Below are positions 38,081-52,511 of a stretch of 64,000 nt of DNA, in pieces. A program made the translations under genes and the position numbers. This stretch comes from Eledone cirrhosa (Eukaryota). Each line of letters opens with the position of its first letter. The stretch's first letter is position 1. The notes beneath the pieces were generated by a model that made no database searches, was not told where the DNA came from, and saw only the letters and a program-made list of their open reading frames with translations. The DNA lies in the NCBI GenBank assembly GCA_964016885.1, contig CAXHJY010001324.1, positions 1 through 64,000 of the forward strand, read 5' to 3'.

Positions 38081-40499
38081 ATTATTAATCCTTGTCAGTG
38101 TTAATATAAACAATATGGATAAAGTGTGTATGTCGGAGAAGGTATGTGGACGTATGTTTGACTGATAGAGAATCTAAATATAATCATAAAATTACTAAAT
38201 TGCCAGACATTTCTATTAATGAAAAACATTTTCACACAGAAAGCATAATCAAGACACATGCGTATGCATACACACAGACACGCGCGCGCACACACACACA
38301 CTGAGATAGACAGACAGGCATAATGCATCCATATACGCACATATATAAATGTTTACATACATTTATATGTATTTGTGTGTATGTACATATATGTATAAAC
38401 ATACATGTATGTATTCATATAAACATGCATAAACATACATAGGTCTCTCTCTGTACGTATCTATGTGTGTATAAATTTAAATTAGAAATGATAGAAAAAA
38501 TGTTAAACTGCTGATTTTACATGCTATAGAAAGAGCAAATACATTTAAGAATAGTCGTGTTCTTGAAATTGCCGCAAATATAAACACTTTGGTACATTAA
38601 AATATATTGATCTCTGACTGTTTAATGTAAATGACTTATTTTTAAGTTTCATACTCTATACATTCAGTTTTTAAATTCCTATTTGTTTAATGTATGTAAA
38701 ATATTGTATAGCGAAACTTTAAGACTTATATAGCCGCCATTAATATCTATTCAGCTTCTATTAAAATATCAATTTCATTGAAAAGAAGAAAAAAATATAA
38801 TTCAAAAAGAGACAAGAATTTAAGATATGTTTGAATGTAGAGTAACAGATAAATAACTGAAACTATCGAAGTTTCATACAATCCCATACAAGAGCTTAAA
38901 TCACAAGAATATCATAACAATATACTTGAAAAATATTCTTTAAAAAAAAAAAGAAATAAAAGCAACTGCTGCTCCAGCATACTTATGTTAAGATAGTTTT
39001 GAAGAACTTCAGATATACAAAAAAAAAAAAATATTCGGTTCTCTTTCATTTATGTACTTGTAATTTAAAAAAAGATATATATATTGTCCAAGAATTCACT
39101 TTAAATATTTTCAAGTAAAGAAAAGAAACTATAAAAATATAACCTTAAAATGTCTGATGTAACTTTGTATATTTTTATATATTCATTTTGTATTACTTAA
39201 AGATATTTTAAGAGCTGTCTGGAAGCTCTTGATCTTTTGGTTCTTAAGTGCTAAAATTGTGCTATGATCATGTTTATGGAATATAGTTTTTTGCGTATGG
39301 TTGTAAAAGTTGTAAGAGACATGTAGCAGTTAATTGTGAAGAAAAAGTAGATAAATTGAAGCAGAAATATTTCAAGTAAAAGAATGAAATAACTTCTGAT
39401 TGAGATTAAAAAATGAAGCAAAATATATTAGTTTCACTCTTTCTATACCCCCAGAAACATATCAGGCACAAGTGTTTTTGCTTTTATTTTATCCATCTAG
39501 CATTTTATCAATTTTATAAAAAAAGAGAACGTATATGTTATTTTTATAAAGTAAAGGAACATTTAACGAAATATCAATTTGATTTCATTGAAACATCAAC
39601 ATTTATACATTTTATATAAACAGAAAAAATTATGTATATCTATAAAGTTAAACTATATTCATAAGTTATTTGTCACTTAATTATGCATTTTATAAAAATA
39701 ACTTTGGAACTGAGAGTAGTAGTATTAACATATTTCATAATAATATATTCATATTTCAACTAATTCAATGTTTAGCACGGTTTTTAAATGTGAGAAAGAG
39801 GAAACGTGAATGTGAAAGAATGCATTTTGAAATAGGTTTTGTCTGTAAAATTGAAATAAATGGGAGGACGTATTCTTTCAGACAAGCTAGGAACCCGTTG
39901 GAAAAAAAGATATACACATCACACGAGATAAGAACGGATATATTTTTAAGTGGAGGCATCAAGAAGAAATTACTTATGGTTAGTTTGATAAACTTGAGAG
40001 AGAATTAGCTAAACAAAAATTACATTAGTGTTATTCAGTGTCATATTAGATTTGCTAACAGTTTTTCAAAATTGAGATCACTTTAGTTATGTTGCTCTTT
40101 AAACAGTGACGTTCTTAGGATTGCGTTCCTTCCAGTTAGATTTCACGAATAAGATTGCCCATAAATAGTTTGAATAGGTAATGTTATTTGTAAGAGTGAA
40201 ATGAAGATATTTAACTTGAAGAATCTAACGTCTCCGCTGAAAGCGGTAAATAGTGTGTCTTTCGCATATAGCACAACGCATAAGTACATAAGTTGAAAGT
40301 ACTACATATCATTTTTAAATATTTCTGTAGAGACCCACACGGAAGTGTCAATCTCGGCTGCAGTGAATGTATTCTGAAGGCACTGTCTGCTGATGTTGTT
40401 TATTTTCTATTATCAAATGCATGTTTCTTTAGTAGCAAGCTCTTGCTTCTCTCTACCTCTTAAACACACACCTAGTTCCAGCCTCTAGCAAAAACAACC

Positions 40500-40780
40500 A
40501 CTAGCAACAGCCACTTCATCTTTGGCGTTACTGTTCAATGACTTTATGTCTCTCTTGTAGATATCTTTGAAATAAATGATGTCACTCATGAGCTGCCCTG
40601 CCAGAAGGCAGCGAATCGGAGAGTGTAGGACTTTCAGCATCCTTCCATGTGATCGGAAGTGTATTTGACTGATAGATTTTGTATGCGGAGCATTTTTGTA
40701 GAGACCTTCCTTGCTGGTTGTAATGATGGAATAGTAAAGGAGGTTGTGGCAGACAGCCATGAAAATGCAATAGATAAAGG
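40500..40780 (-). pseudogene. Possible very old RTE-like LINE fragment
   Basis: YFKDIYKRDIK resembles the RTE C-terminal RFKD..KRD.K motif. Confidence 0.3.
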
Positions 40781-41083
40781 ACATTTAAACAATATATAAA
40801 ATATAAAAATATATTTTATTAAATTTTCCTAGGTGACATAAAGATATTTACCAATAGTGTATGCAAATTTGTTTAAACATTTGTTGTGAAGAGTATAGGT
40901 AAAATATTCAAATAAATGTACTTTATAAATCAAATAAATCTATCTCCACAGTGTGTTCACTATTATTGTTGACAGAGACATTGTAGGACATCGTATATTA
41001 AATTAATTTCATATTTGGTTTCTAGTTATGAATTTAATATATATTTATTGGAATAAGAAAGTGTGTTTGTTTGTATGTATGTA

Positions 41084-41124
<41 letters not shown>

Positions 41125-41971
41125 GTATATAATAAAGTAGCAGTTTATCCTATGATGGCATACAATTTAATAAAAGATAAAACACTATCTGATATAAAAG
41201 TTTCCAAAAGAGGAGAATTTTAGATATTATTAGGTTTTAAATGGCGGTCCTGATTAAAAATAAAACTATATATCTCTCTCTCTCTTTGTATATACACTCA
41301 AACACTAAATCAAATCCAGTTCACTTGTGTTTGCCTTACTTATAAATATAACGGAAAGTCAATAGCTTAAGTAGACAAAAGGTAGAGTATATTTACTGTT
41401 ACAAGAAACTGATGAAAATAAAAAAAAATAGAAATATGATAAACAGTGATTAGATTTACATTTTCAAATGTTGTAGTTTTTCCTCTTTGTTTCAGGTAAT
41501 AAACATATTTTGTCTAACTTTAACTTGGTGTAGAGAAAGGCAAACACATATTCATGGAAAGATTGTACATTACATTTGTCATACTGGTATGGTTTACTTT
41601 CCTTCTTTCTTCTTCTCCCTTAAAAGTAGCTATTTTGTTTGTATTATTGAAATTATTGAAAAAAAATGCTTATTTATTCATTTTTAATATTCTTTGAATG
41701 TGGAATATATCCCCCTGAAGTCAGTTTAGCAAATGGCAAGTGACAGTCGATATTAAACATGTCCCCTAGATACGATAATGCATGCATATTTATATCATTT
41801 GCCTATAGGGCAAATTATAGTCTATTCTTTGTTTAAACGGTATTACATATATCAAACTATTATTTTTCGAAACGACAAAACGTTAGTTTAAGCAGCTATT
41901 TAGGCCGTTGAACGAGAATATTATTGTTCTTTTTATTGCACTATCATGCAAGTACATTATTTAATTTTAGA

Positions 41972-42155
41972 GGCGGTGGATTGGCAGTATCGGTAGAGGG
42001 TCGGACGCCATGCTTTCCAGCATAGTTACGTCCCTTTATGATCTGAGTTCAAATCCCGCCGAGGTTGACTTTGCCTTTCATCCTTACAGGGTCGATAAAA
42101 TAAAGTACCAGTAATGCACTGGGTAATTGCTGGCCTTGTGCCTAAAGTAGAAACA
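41972..42155 (+). mobile_element. tRNA-derived SINE (family S1, Nin/Deu-like central domain), full length with TSD
   Basis: B-box gagttcaaatcc; gactttgcctttcatcctt..gggtcgataaaataaagtacc domain; 16-bp TSD attatttaattttaga at 41956-41971 and 42156-42171. Confidence 0.88.
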
Positions 42156-43028
42156 ATTATTTAATTTTAGAATTTGTAGTTAAACATGAATGATATATAG
42201 TTAAAATAAATTGAAAATATACAATCTTTTTATGCTACCTTACATAAATATCGATGGTAAACAGACGTATATGAAAGATATTTAACTTCATTCAAACCCA
42301 CGAATTTGTCGAAATAGTATTTAACAACTGATGCTTACAATGCAATATATACACGTATACTACAATGGAGTGTGTCTGACAGAACTCGTGTGCATTAAAT
42401 CAATATTCATAATATGATTCTGAGCTCAGTACTAAAAGCTACTGAAATATTTGTTGAATATTGAACAGATAACTACGCCGCACCTCCATGGTGTATATTA
42501 TCAGTTTGGTAAACTGGTAATTCGAAATTGAATTATTTTCATTACGGATATAATGCAAAATTAGTTACCCAGATTATTATATTAGTACAGAATAAATATA
42601 ATATATATGCACGTATAGGCACATAGTTATGCATGTACACTGAATCCTCAATCTAGGAAGTACTTTATAAAGACAACACCAGTAATTAAATGTAATATAA
42701 CTCCATATTATAACTGAGAATCTATTTATTTTCATCTATAATTAATTCAATAATTATGGTGGACGAAACTTTACCACTAATAAATCTGTGTCTCTTAAAC
42801 GTCCATGTCTTGTTTTGATTTTTGTTAAAATTCCATGTGTGGAAACATAATTATAGAGTTGGAATACTTCTGTTGTCACATCAAAGCAATAAAAAAAAAA
42901 AAGCTAAAGTATAGGTTTCAGTAACAAACTGATTTCCTGTGTTAGAAAACGAAGAGGAGTTCCACCCGCAGAAGAAAATAAACATAGAAAGAATGTTTTA
43001 GTCTTCGTAGTATCGCGCGCTCTCTCTC

Positions 43029-43084
<56 letters not shown>

Positions 43085-43308
43085 TGCGTATTTTCCCCAA
43101 ATGGTTTACTGAGCACAAATGCATTTTCTGCAAAAAAAATGTATTCCTTTTCTTCCACTTCTCATTCTCTATCTTTTTATTTCTTCTTTAGTTCTTCATC
43201 AGAAGATATAGTGAGAAATCAGAGTTCGAAACGAAACGTTGACTCTTTTACTACGATATTAAGCATTAAACTAATATATATCTTTATTGTACTGTATTGT
43301 TTGCTAGG

Positions 43309-43314
<6 letters not shown>

Positions 43315-43386
<72 letters not shown>

Positions 43387-43563
43387 CTCTCTCTCACTCT
43401 CTCATTCTCTCTCATTCTCTCTCTCACTCTCACTCTCTCACTCTCACTCTCTCACACTCTCTCTCTCTCACTCTCTCTCTCACTCTCTCTCTCTCCCCCT
43501 CTCCCTCTCTCACTCTCTCTCTCTCACTCTCTCTCTCTCACTCTCTCCCTCTCCCACTGTCTC
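43315..43563. repeat. (CT)n / CTCA polypyrimidine tract
   Basis: Visible directly. Confidence 0.95.
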
Positions 43564-44414
43564 TAGATCTACTTGTTTCGCTCTCTAATTTCACTATGCA
43601 TCTACCTATCTCTTTTACATCATCTATACAGTTAACCATTAAAAACCAAGCAATCAACCAAACGTCTATCGTTTTATGCCTTCTAATTCATGCCCTTTAA
43701 TTTCTCTTTAAATGTTTATAACATAAGCAGATTCATAAAATACATTATAACCATTACTGTCGAATAAATAAAGGTACAACTGGTGAATTATATTATTTCA
43801 ATATCTCAACATACTGTTATCTCAACTCCTTACATTGGTATAAAGCACATAAAACTACAGCAACTACCACAGCACCCACATCAAGATTACACATCTGCAC
43901 AGGTACATATATCTTAAGAGAAAATATTATTATTGATCTTCACACTTTGGGTCAAAGGTGGATACTTTTATTCAGTTACCTATTCTTATTGATAGTTTCA
44001 ACCAATGATTAAGTTATTTACAGAACTGAGTATACAGCAAGACAGACTATCGTGGTATTCGTTATCTCATATTGGAAATAAGAGATAACGAATTCGTTTT
44101 AGATTTTTGTTGTTGTTCAAATAAACATTTCTTTTAATAAACAACGACTGTGTGTGTGTGTGTGTGTGTGGTTCGTCTGATAGGCATTTTCTCTGTGTGT
44201 GTTTCCTATACAATCTTCAAATACATGAAAGACCATCAACAGTGAAGAAGCATCGAAGTGGAGAAATAATCAATAGATTGAAGTTATCTACAAAAAAATG
44301 TTTTTCAAAGACTCGCCCATCACTAACACAACACAACGATGGCTAGGTAGATAAATAATCTATTTATCTATATACGTGCGTCTGTGTGTGTGTGTGTGTG
44401 TATATATTGTGTGT

Positions 44415-45535
44415 ATATATGTATATAGACGTGTGTATGTATATATGTATATAGACGTGTGTATGTATATATGTATATAGACGTGTGTATGTATATATGT
44501 ATATAGACGTGTGTATGTATATATGTATATAGACGTGTGTATGTATATATGTATATAGACGTGTGTATGTATATATGTATATAGACGTGTGTGTATGTAT
44601 ATATGTATATAGACGTGTGTGTATGTATATATGTATATAGACGTGTGTGTATGTATATATGTATATAGACGTGTGTGTGTGTATATATGTATATAGACGC
44701 GTGTGTGTGTATATATGTATATAGACGCGTGTGTGTGTATATATGTATATAGACGTGTGTGTGTGTATATATGTATATAGACGTGTGTGTGTGTATATAT
44801 GTATATAGACGTGTGTGTATGTATATATGTATATAGACGTGTGTGTATGTATATATGTATATAGACGTGTGTGTATGTATATATGTATATAGACGTGTGT
44901 GTATGTATATATGTATATAGACGTGTGTGTATGTATATATGTATATAGACGTGTGTGTATGTATATATGTATATAGACGTGTGTGTATGTATATATGTAT
45001 ATAGACGTGTGTGTATGTATATATGTATATAGACGTGTGTGTATGTATATATGTATATAGACGTGTGTGTATGTATATATGTATATAGACGTGTGTGTAT
45101 GTATATATGTATATAGACGTGTGTGTATGTATATATGTATATAGACGTGTGTGTATGTATATATGTATATAGACGTGTGTGTATGTATATATGTATATAG
45201 ACGTGTGTGTATGTATATATGTATATAGACGTGTGTGTATGTATATATGTATATAGACGTGTGTGTATGTATATATGTATATAGACGTGTGTGTATGTAT
45301 ATATGTATATAGACGTGTGTGTATGTATATATGTATATAGACGCGTGTGTATGTATATATGTATATAGACGCGTGTGTGTGTATATATGTATATAGACGC
45401 GTGTGTGTGTATATATGTATATAGACGCGTGTGTGTGTATATATGTATATAGACGCGTGTGTGTGTATATATGTATATAGACGTGTGTGTGTGTATATAT
45501 GTATATAGACGTGTGTGTGTGTATACATGTATATA
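44415..45535. repeat. Minisatellite, 26-28 bp unit, about 40 copies
   Basis: gtgtgt(gt)atgtatatatgtatatagac with block-wise variants. Confidence 0.95.
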
Positions 45536-46008
45536 GATATGTATGCGTACATATATACGTATGAGTATATATATATATATATATATATATATGGTTTTTA
45601 AACATCTGGAATGCGGTTGTTGACTTTTCTGTTACTAAAAATGCGAGCGTTCCCATTTCATTACGACTCTGTTAATACAAGAAAGGATGCTAAGTGGCCA
45701 TTGCGTTTCTCGAGACTCCAAGACTGGTGAGAAGGGAGTTATTCTCAATTGGGAGACATCGATGAGTACTTCTGTAGAGCCCCACACGCGGTTGGTGATG
45801 GTGTTAAACGGAACAACACCTTACATTTACTACCCAATATGGCAGTATGTGGATTCGATCTCGGAACGCTGATTGCTAATACTGATTGCCACATTGTCAT
45901 ATACTCTAACGCTTCCGATAATTCATTAAAGGCAAAATATATACACCGATAGGAGTGGAGTGTACAAATGTGTATATATATATATATATATACACATATA
46001 TATATACG

Positions 46009-46196
46009 TAGGTCCCGGGTTGAGTCGGGGATAACCACAGTAAGTAAGGTACTCAATACATGGCAGAGTAAATTTTTTTTATTTTATAGAAGGAGCTTCT
46101 ACAGGACTAGTACTGTTTCATTCAGCTTCCTGAAGATTTCATCTGAATGAAACAGTACTAGTCCTGTAGAAGCTCCTTCTATAAAATAAATAAAAA
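46009..46196. mobile_element. Fold-back Penelope-like end (P5)
   Basis: Arms 46078-46125 and 46143-46190; hammerhead spans the axis; TA flanks. Confidence 0.65.
46124..46174 (+). ncRNA. Type-I hammerhead ribozyme
   Basis: agcttc-CTGAAGA-tttcatctgaat-GAAA-cag(tactagtc)ctg-TA-gaagct; stem I 6 bp, stem III 4 bp, weak stem II with T-T closing mismatch. Confidence 0.72.
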
Positions 46197-46352
46197 AATA
46201 TATATATTTATATATATATATATATATACATGTGCGTGTGTCTGCACGCATGTGTAATATTTTCAGCTATTTATATAAAGTTATATATATTGCATAACAT
46301 CGACAATATGCTTCACATTTTCTCCATTTTATCCAAATGGACATCTCACACG

Positions 46353-46398
<46 letters not shown>

Positions 46399-47126
46399 TA
46401 CCCACTCCACAAACTAATTTTACACTCACATATTAATATGCATATATGCATGATTTTGCGTCTGAATTTTACGTGATAAAAATAAAAATGAACGTAAATG
46501 AAAATATACACGTATATAACTAATATGATGCTAACAGAGGTTACATAATGAAATGTGTCATTTTTCATCTTTCACTCCTCAGAAAGTTGCCATACTTTCT
46601 TTTTTTTTTTACTTCGCTCTCTTGATGCTTTTATATGTTTTAATTTTCGTATTTTCTGCTTTGTAATTTTTGACATGGTGTCATCGAATATTTTGACTAC
46701 AAAATATCCAGTTTATTTTGTTTTTGTCATTTTGTCAGACAACAACACGTATTTCTCGGATATATATGTGAACACAAGACTCTCTCTCTCCCTCTCACTC
46801 TCTCTCCCTCCCTCTCTCTCTCTCCACACATAGAGGCTAGGATGCTGTAAATTATAGACGAAAATAATACATTTATATACGATATACGCGATATATTACT
46901 GAAAGTACGTAACAGATCTGTTTGCAGGAATTGAGACAGGCAATCTATTGTTACTCTCTCCCAGTATGGAGAGATAGAGATTGATATTTACATAAATCTA
47001 GAATATTCATAAATTATAAGAAAACTTTTATATTAATGAATATTCTAAAACTGATATATATTTAGTAAGAAGCATAAGGAATCATGGAATAATAAAAAAA
47101 AACAGCAATAATAATAAGGGAATAAT

Positions 47127-47539
47127 TGTTTCTACTTTTGGCACAAGGCCATCAATTACCCAGTACATTGCTGGTACTTTATTTTATCGACCCCGTAAGG
47201 ATGAAAGGCAAAGTTAACCTCGGCGGGATTTTATCGACACTGTAAGGATGAAAGGCAAAGTTAACCTCGGCGGGATTTTATCGACCCCGTAAGGATGAAA
47301 GGCAAAGTTAACCTCGGCGGGATTTTATCGACCCCGTAAGGATGAAAGGCAAAGTTAACCTCGGCGGGATTTTATCGACCCCGTAAGGATGAAAGCCAAA
47401 GTTAACCTCGGCGGGATTTTATCGACCCCGTAAGGATGAAAGGCAAAGTTAACCTCGGCGGGATTTGAACTCAGACCGCAGTAACTATGCTGGAAAGCAT
47501 GGCGTCCGACCCTCTACCGATACTGCCAATCCACCGCCC
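47127..47539 (-). mobile_element. S1 SINE with internal 6 x 47-bp tandem amplification
   Basis: Unit attttatcgaccccgtaaggatgaaaggcaaagttaacctcggcggg at 47181-47462; imperfect TSD taataataagg.aataat. Confidence 0.88.
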
Positions 47540-47787
47540 TAATAATAAGGTAATAATGTTTTGTTTTGACTAAAGAAGAGAATGTTATTAAAACTATCCT
47601 AGAGTTCAATGATTTTTGTTATTGATCGGTACAGTATTCGATTTTATTTTATGATTTTTTTTTCATCTTCAAATGTATATTAGAACAAATTCACCTTTTA
47701 GATATTGAAATAGATAAGTGTACATTTGTGTTGGAATATTAAGCTCCGAATCTTTTCTTTTGTTATATATCCAGTGCATCACTTTAT

Positions 47788-47898
<111 letters not shown>

Positions 47899-48857
47899 CA
47901 TGTGTGGTTTTACATAAATCGTCGTTATATTTGTTTGTTCAGTTCTGCTAAAATAGGTTAATACACTTGTTTGCAATTATTTATCTAATAGTGTAAAGAG
48001 AGTGATGATTCCCCGCTCTTAAGATGTTGCCTAGAGGGGTCTCTGTCGTATTTCTACTCTTTGCTTTCAATAAAGAATCCAACATAATTTGAACATTTTG
48101 ACTTCTTTTTGTTTAGAGAGAAATCAGTCAATATATTTAACAGATTGTGGGGAAAATACTTAGTTGGCAATTCTTACCTACGGCTCTTCTTTCCTCTCTC
48201 TAAACTTTATATTGCAGCAAAGTTAAATACTTAACTCTTCCACAGAACGCATTATTATTATATCTGACAATAAGTAGCAATAAGTCTTGGTTCAGTGTTG
48301 CAAGTTGCCGGTGCTAATAAAAAGTTATTAGCCCTACACACGAAATGAGACAACATTTCTTAACCCTTTATTGGTGCAGTGCTGAAAGATTAGTAAATAC
48401 AATTAACTTTCATGGAAATCATCTACAAGGTTATATATATATATAGGTCTGTAATGGCCATGTACATTGCTCCTTCCTTCAGCTCTACCAATGAATAAAG
48501 AAAAGCAGGGCTGTACAACACACTAATCATTGTTCATTGATGTTTCTTAAGATGTTATTTAAGATGAAATAGGAAGAGCTATATTCATAATAGGGCACCG
48601 ATGTAAGAAATCTAGTCGATCACATCGACCCGAGCGTGGAAGCATTCTATTAAGTGAAACGAGTAAAAGAATAACAAGCGTAAAACAAAGGCGAAGAGAA
48701 GCAGTGAAAGATCGAATTAAAAGATACTGGGAAAGATTCAAAGACGGCGTAAGATGATTTCAAATTCGAAATCAATTTAGATAAAAAAAAATATGAGAAA
48801 AGCAGCGTCTTAGCATGAATGAAGGAGAGTGGCAGTGTTTGTTATCAGCAGCAATTG

Positions 48858-49228
48858 TTGCCTCATAAAAATTACTTTAACGTCTTCGCACTATAGTTGT
48901 GCGTTTCGAAAATATATCCTTACTGCAAGGATTATGCAACAGAACAACCACAGTGATTACTAACCTGCACGATCGACACCTTCAAAGAAGCATAGTTGAT
49001 CAATAATGCATGATCAGGATCAAAGGTTTTAATTCAGCGGATGGAACTATACCGAAGAAATGCCAATTTACTTTTGGTTTTTAGACAGAGAACAGTCTGC
49101 TATAATTTTAGCATTTTCAATAAAAATAAGCGTCCCGAAAGATAAAAAATATCCAGAAAGTTGCACGATTTTTCAATGAACCAATAATATTCTCTCAGGG
49201 GTAATTGTATGTAATGTTTTCTAGAGTA
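48858..49228 (+). pseudogene. PIF1-family helicase C-terminal fossil (probably Helitron RepHel)
   Basis: GLCNRT (cf. GLCNGTR), IILAFSIKI (cf. LAFAMTI), FSQG*LYVMFSRV (cf. FSHGQLYVAFSRV). Confidence 0.65.
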
Positions 49229-52200
49229 CTTTTCTTGACGTAAAGATTACATTATACAGAAACAACTGCCACGATAGAAGCGGTGAAAATGTTTAACAAT
49301 GAATATAGTTTTCAGTGTTGTTCTCCATGGACTGCTGCTTATATAATATCGATGTGGACTTTACATCACATATATAATCAAACAGTTTACAAAGATAGTT
49401 TCAAAAGAAATGATGTATTTAATTGTACTGTAGAAACTTGCCACACTTATAGTCCTCTAAATAACCATAGAATATCCATATCCATGGATACTACTAATCA
49501 ATATTATAGTCGAGTTGAGGGTGGAGGATTGTCAGTATCAGTAGAGCGTCGGACAACATTCTTCGCAGCGTCCGCGCGCGCGCACACATATGGAAGTAGG
49601 GTATCAATAGTGTGGATTGTGCATGAGAGAAAGAGGGGAGTAGTGGACGCGGTGGGGCTGTAGTAATTATATGTGGGGGGCAGAAGTGCGGGTGAGTGGA
49701 GTGTAACGTGTATGTGAAGGGATAGCTGTTTTTTAGGTGGGTGGGGGGAGTGAGTTGACAGCAGATAGGGAGCGGATTGAGTCGAATTTATGCTTCTAAG
49801 TTGTATTTTATCGATGATAAACAGCCCTGACGCGAAATATTAGCTGCTCAGAACATCTCTTCATCCACCAGCCTCTTTAGATTTATCTTTATTCCGACTC
49901 TCCCTAGTTTACACATTCTAGTGAATCTCTTTATTATCAAACAATCAGGCGTCCTGTGTGAAAATCCTCCCCTCTTTTCCATATGAACAACGAAAATATA
50001 TCATTTGAAGAAATAGACACATGCTAATGGAAATACAAGATTCAAAATCTATGGGTAAAATACTTGATGTTACAACAATTATTTTGTGACGACAGTTTGC
50101 CTGTTGATTAAATGAAACAACCGCAATTAATCGGGACATCTTTAATCAATGTTAGAAGTAACTAAATTGTTTTAAGTCATAAGGGAAATCTTAATATTCC
50201 ATAAACTAGAAGATACCCTCTTGGCTGATATATTGTTCTATTTTATGATTAGTTAAGAGACAAATTGAAAGACAATAAACACGAAATGATAGTAAATTCT
50301 AAGAAGAAATTTTAGCACATATTTAGAACACCAAATCTCAATGGTAAATACTGAATAGAAACTACTATATGCGTGAGTGTGTGTCCATAAGTGAATCAGT
50401 TGTCGCTTTAATGGATACTTGATTCTCTTCTTACCATTACTCATTCAACTTGGGTATATCAATCGGATTCCACTTAACGTTATTCATACCAGAAAGATAA
50501 ATTAAACAAATCAATGTTACATTGCTTGGTCACAGAAACACTGTGTAGTAAGATTTTTATCAAGTATCAAACGCCTGTGTGTTCTCATAATGCTTAGCTT
50601 TAATCATTCTGTCTCAATTTAGAAATATGCAATTCAATCATGTTATTTTGAACGTTATTTTGTTGGATGTCATATTAAACCTGAGAGATGCTGTTTCGTT
50701 GCTGGATAATTGACCATCCTCTTCTAATATAATCATTTATCTAGGATGAAATAGAAAAAAAACAAACATTTCCTGAAAAATGGATCAGACGTAATTTTCC
50801 TTGAGGCTATGTGCGGTACCTTTGTGACATGACTTAAAAGAGGAAAATTTAAATTAATTAAAGTAGGAGTGTATATATATATATATATATATATATGATG
50901 GATTCTCACGTCGTATATCGACGTGTGTGTATATATATATATGTGAGTGATTAAATTGATGTAAGTGAAATGACACGTTAAACGACATTACTTAAGGTAT
51001 AACAAAATAGATATACACATTCCAGCAATCGTACACTGCCAAATAACTAATCTTTAATGGCAGGTAATTTGTGATAGAAGGAAAAAATATTTTGTAGACA
51101 TTTTTCAGCTTATGCTAAGCAAAATAATTGTTTCATAGACTATGTATGAAATATGAAGCTTACATTCTGTAGAGAACACTATGGTATTAGCAGTTATTGT
51201 TGATGCTAGGCTTCATTACTGTCACAACTTATACGATAGTTTAATTATTTGAGAGTTTAGGTTTAGCCTGACAGGTAACCAGACGTTTAATCCCAGGGAA
51301 CTCCTGGAGATGTTTTTCTTAACTTTACCTTTTATTTTTCCTGGATGTGATAAATAAAATACATATCAGTATGACAGGGGTGAATTGATGGAATCCTTAG
51401 CGTGTCCAATGAAATGCCACCTGGAATTTGTTACGTTATTTGTGTTTTGGACTCAAATCCCTGCTGGAGCCTACTAGAGGGGTAGACTTAAACCGTAGCT
51501 TTAGAAAAAGGTTTCCCCCTTTTCCAACCAGTCCTGGTCGACCGGAAAAATATATCATGGTACTGTGTCTCCTCCTGACTAAGTAAGAAACAACACAAGA
51601 TCGATAATATAGAAAACAATACATTCCTTTATTAAGCAAACCTTTAAATCCTTTATTAGGCAAACCTTTAAACAAATCATTTAATACTAGTGTGAAGAAT
51701 AAATCGCATAAATATGTCTTTAAAATATAAAGATATTTCCATTTATGTAACGGACGATATGATGATGGTGATGATGTAATACATTTTGGTCCATAACTTA
51801 AAGACTACAGAAATGTGGAAGTGAGGAAGAGGTGATATGAAGAGACAGGTCATCAAAATATTTTAACCAAACAGATAAATATAAGAATAAAAACCTGAAT
51901 GTAGGATGGAAATCACTGTCCTGCCTGGGGAACATGGGAATTATAAAAGATGTAAAAATGTTCGTAATTGGAAAACTGCGTTTGTATATGTCAGTATATC
52001 ATAACATTAGGGGCGAGTGTTAAAATAATGGTCGGTGGTGGTGACGTTGCTGGTTGTTGATGATGATGATGCTGGTTTTTTAACATATTTTGAAGTAGAA
52101 TTTTATCGTACAATAAATTCTAATCTTATCGATATTAAAAATATATACAGAGGTATATCATATTACCGAGGAAGAGGCAGTAATAATGTGAGAGATAGTG

Positions 52201-52326
52201 AATGTGTGTGTGATAGTCATTGTGCGTATGTTTCAGAAATATAGAGACGGATGGTGAGTCCTTGTTAGAAAGAGACTGGGTGTGTACACGTATGTGTGAT
52301 TCTCAGACCATGAAAGAGGAGAAATA

Positions 52327-52511
52327 ACTGTTTCTACTTTAAGCACAAGGCCAGCAATTACCCAGTGCATTACTGGTACTTTATTTTATCGACCCCGTAA
52401 GGATGAAAGGCAAAGTTGACCTCGGCGGGATTTGAACTCAGATCGTAAAGGGACGTAACTATGCTGGAAAGCATGGCATCCGACCCTCTACTGATACTGC
52501 CAATCCACCGC
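52327..52511 (-). mobile_element. SINE S1
   Basis: Homology to S1; flanking tgaaagag(ga)gaaataac-like duplication. Confidence 0.85.

Noticed and set aside
41972-42060. tRNA gene
   Set aside because: A/B boxes belong to SINE heads; no full cloverleaf
47181-47462. CRISPR-like regular repeat
   Set aside because: Head-to-tail units with no spacers, inside a SINE, in a eukaryotic context
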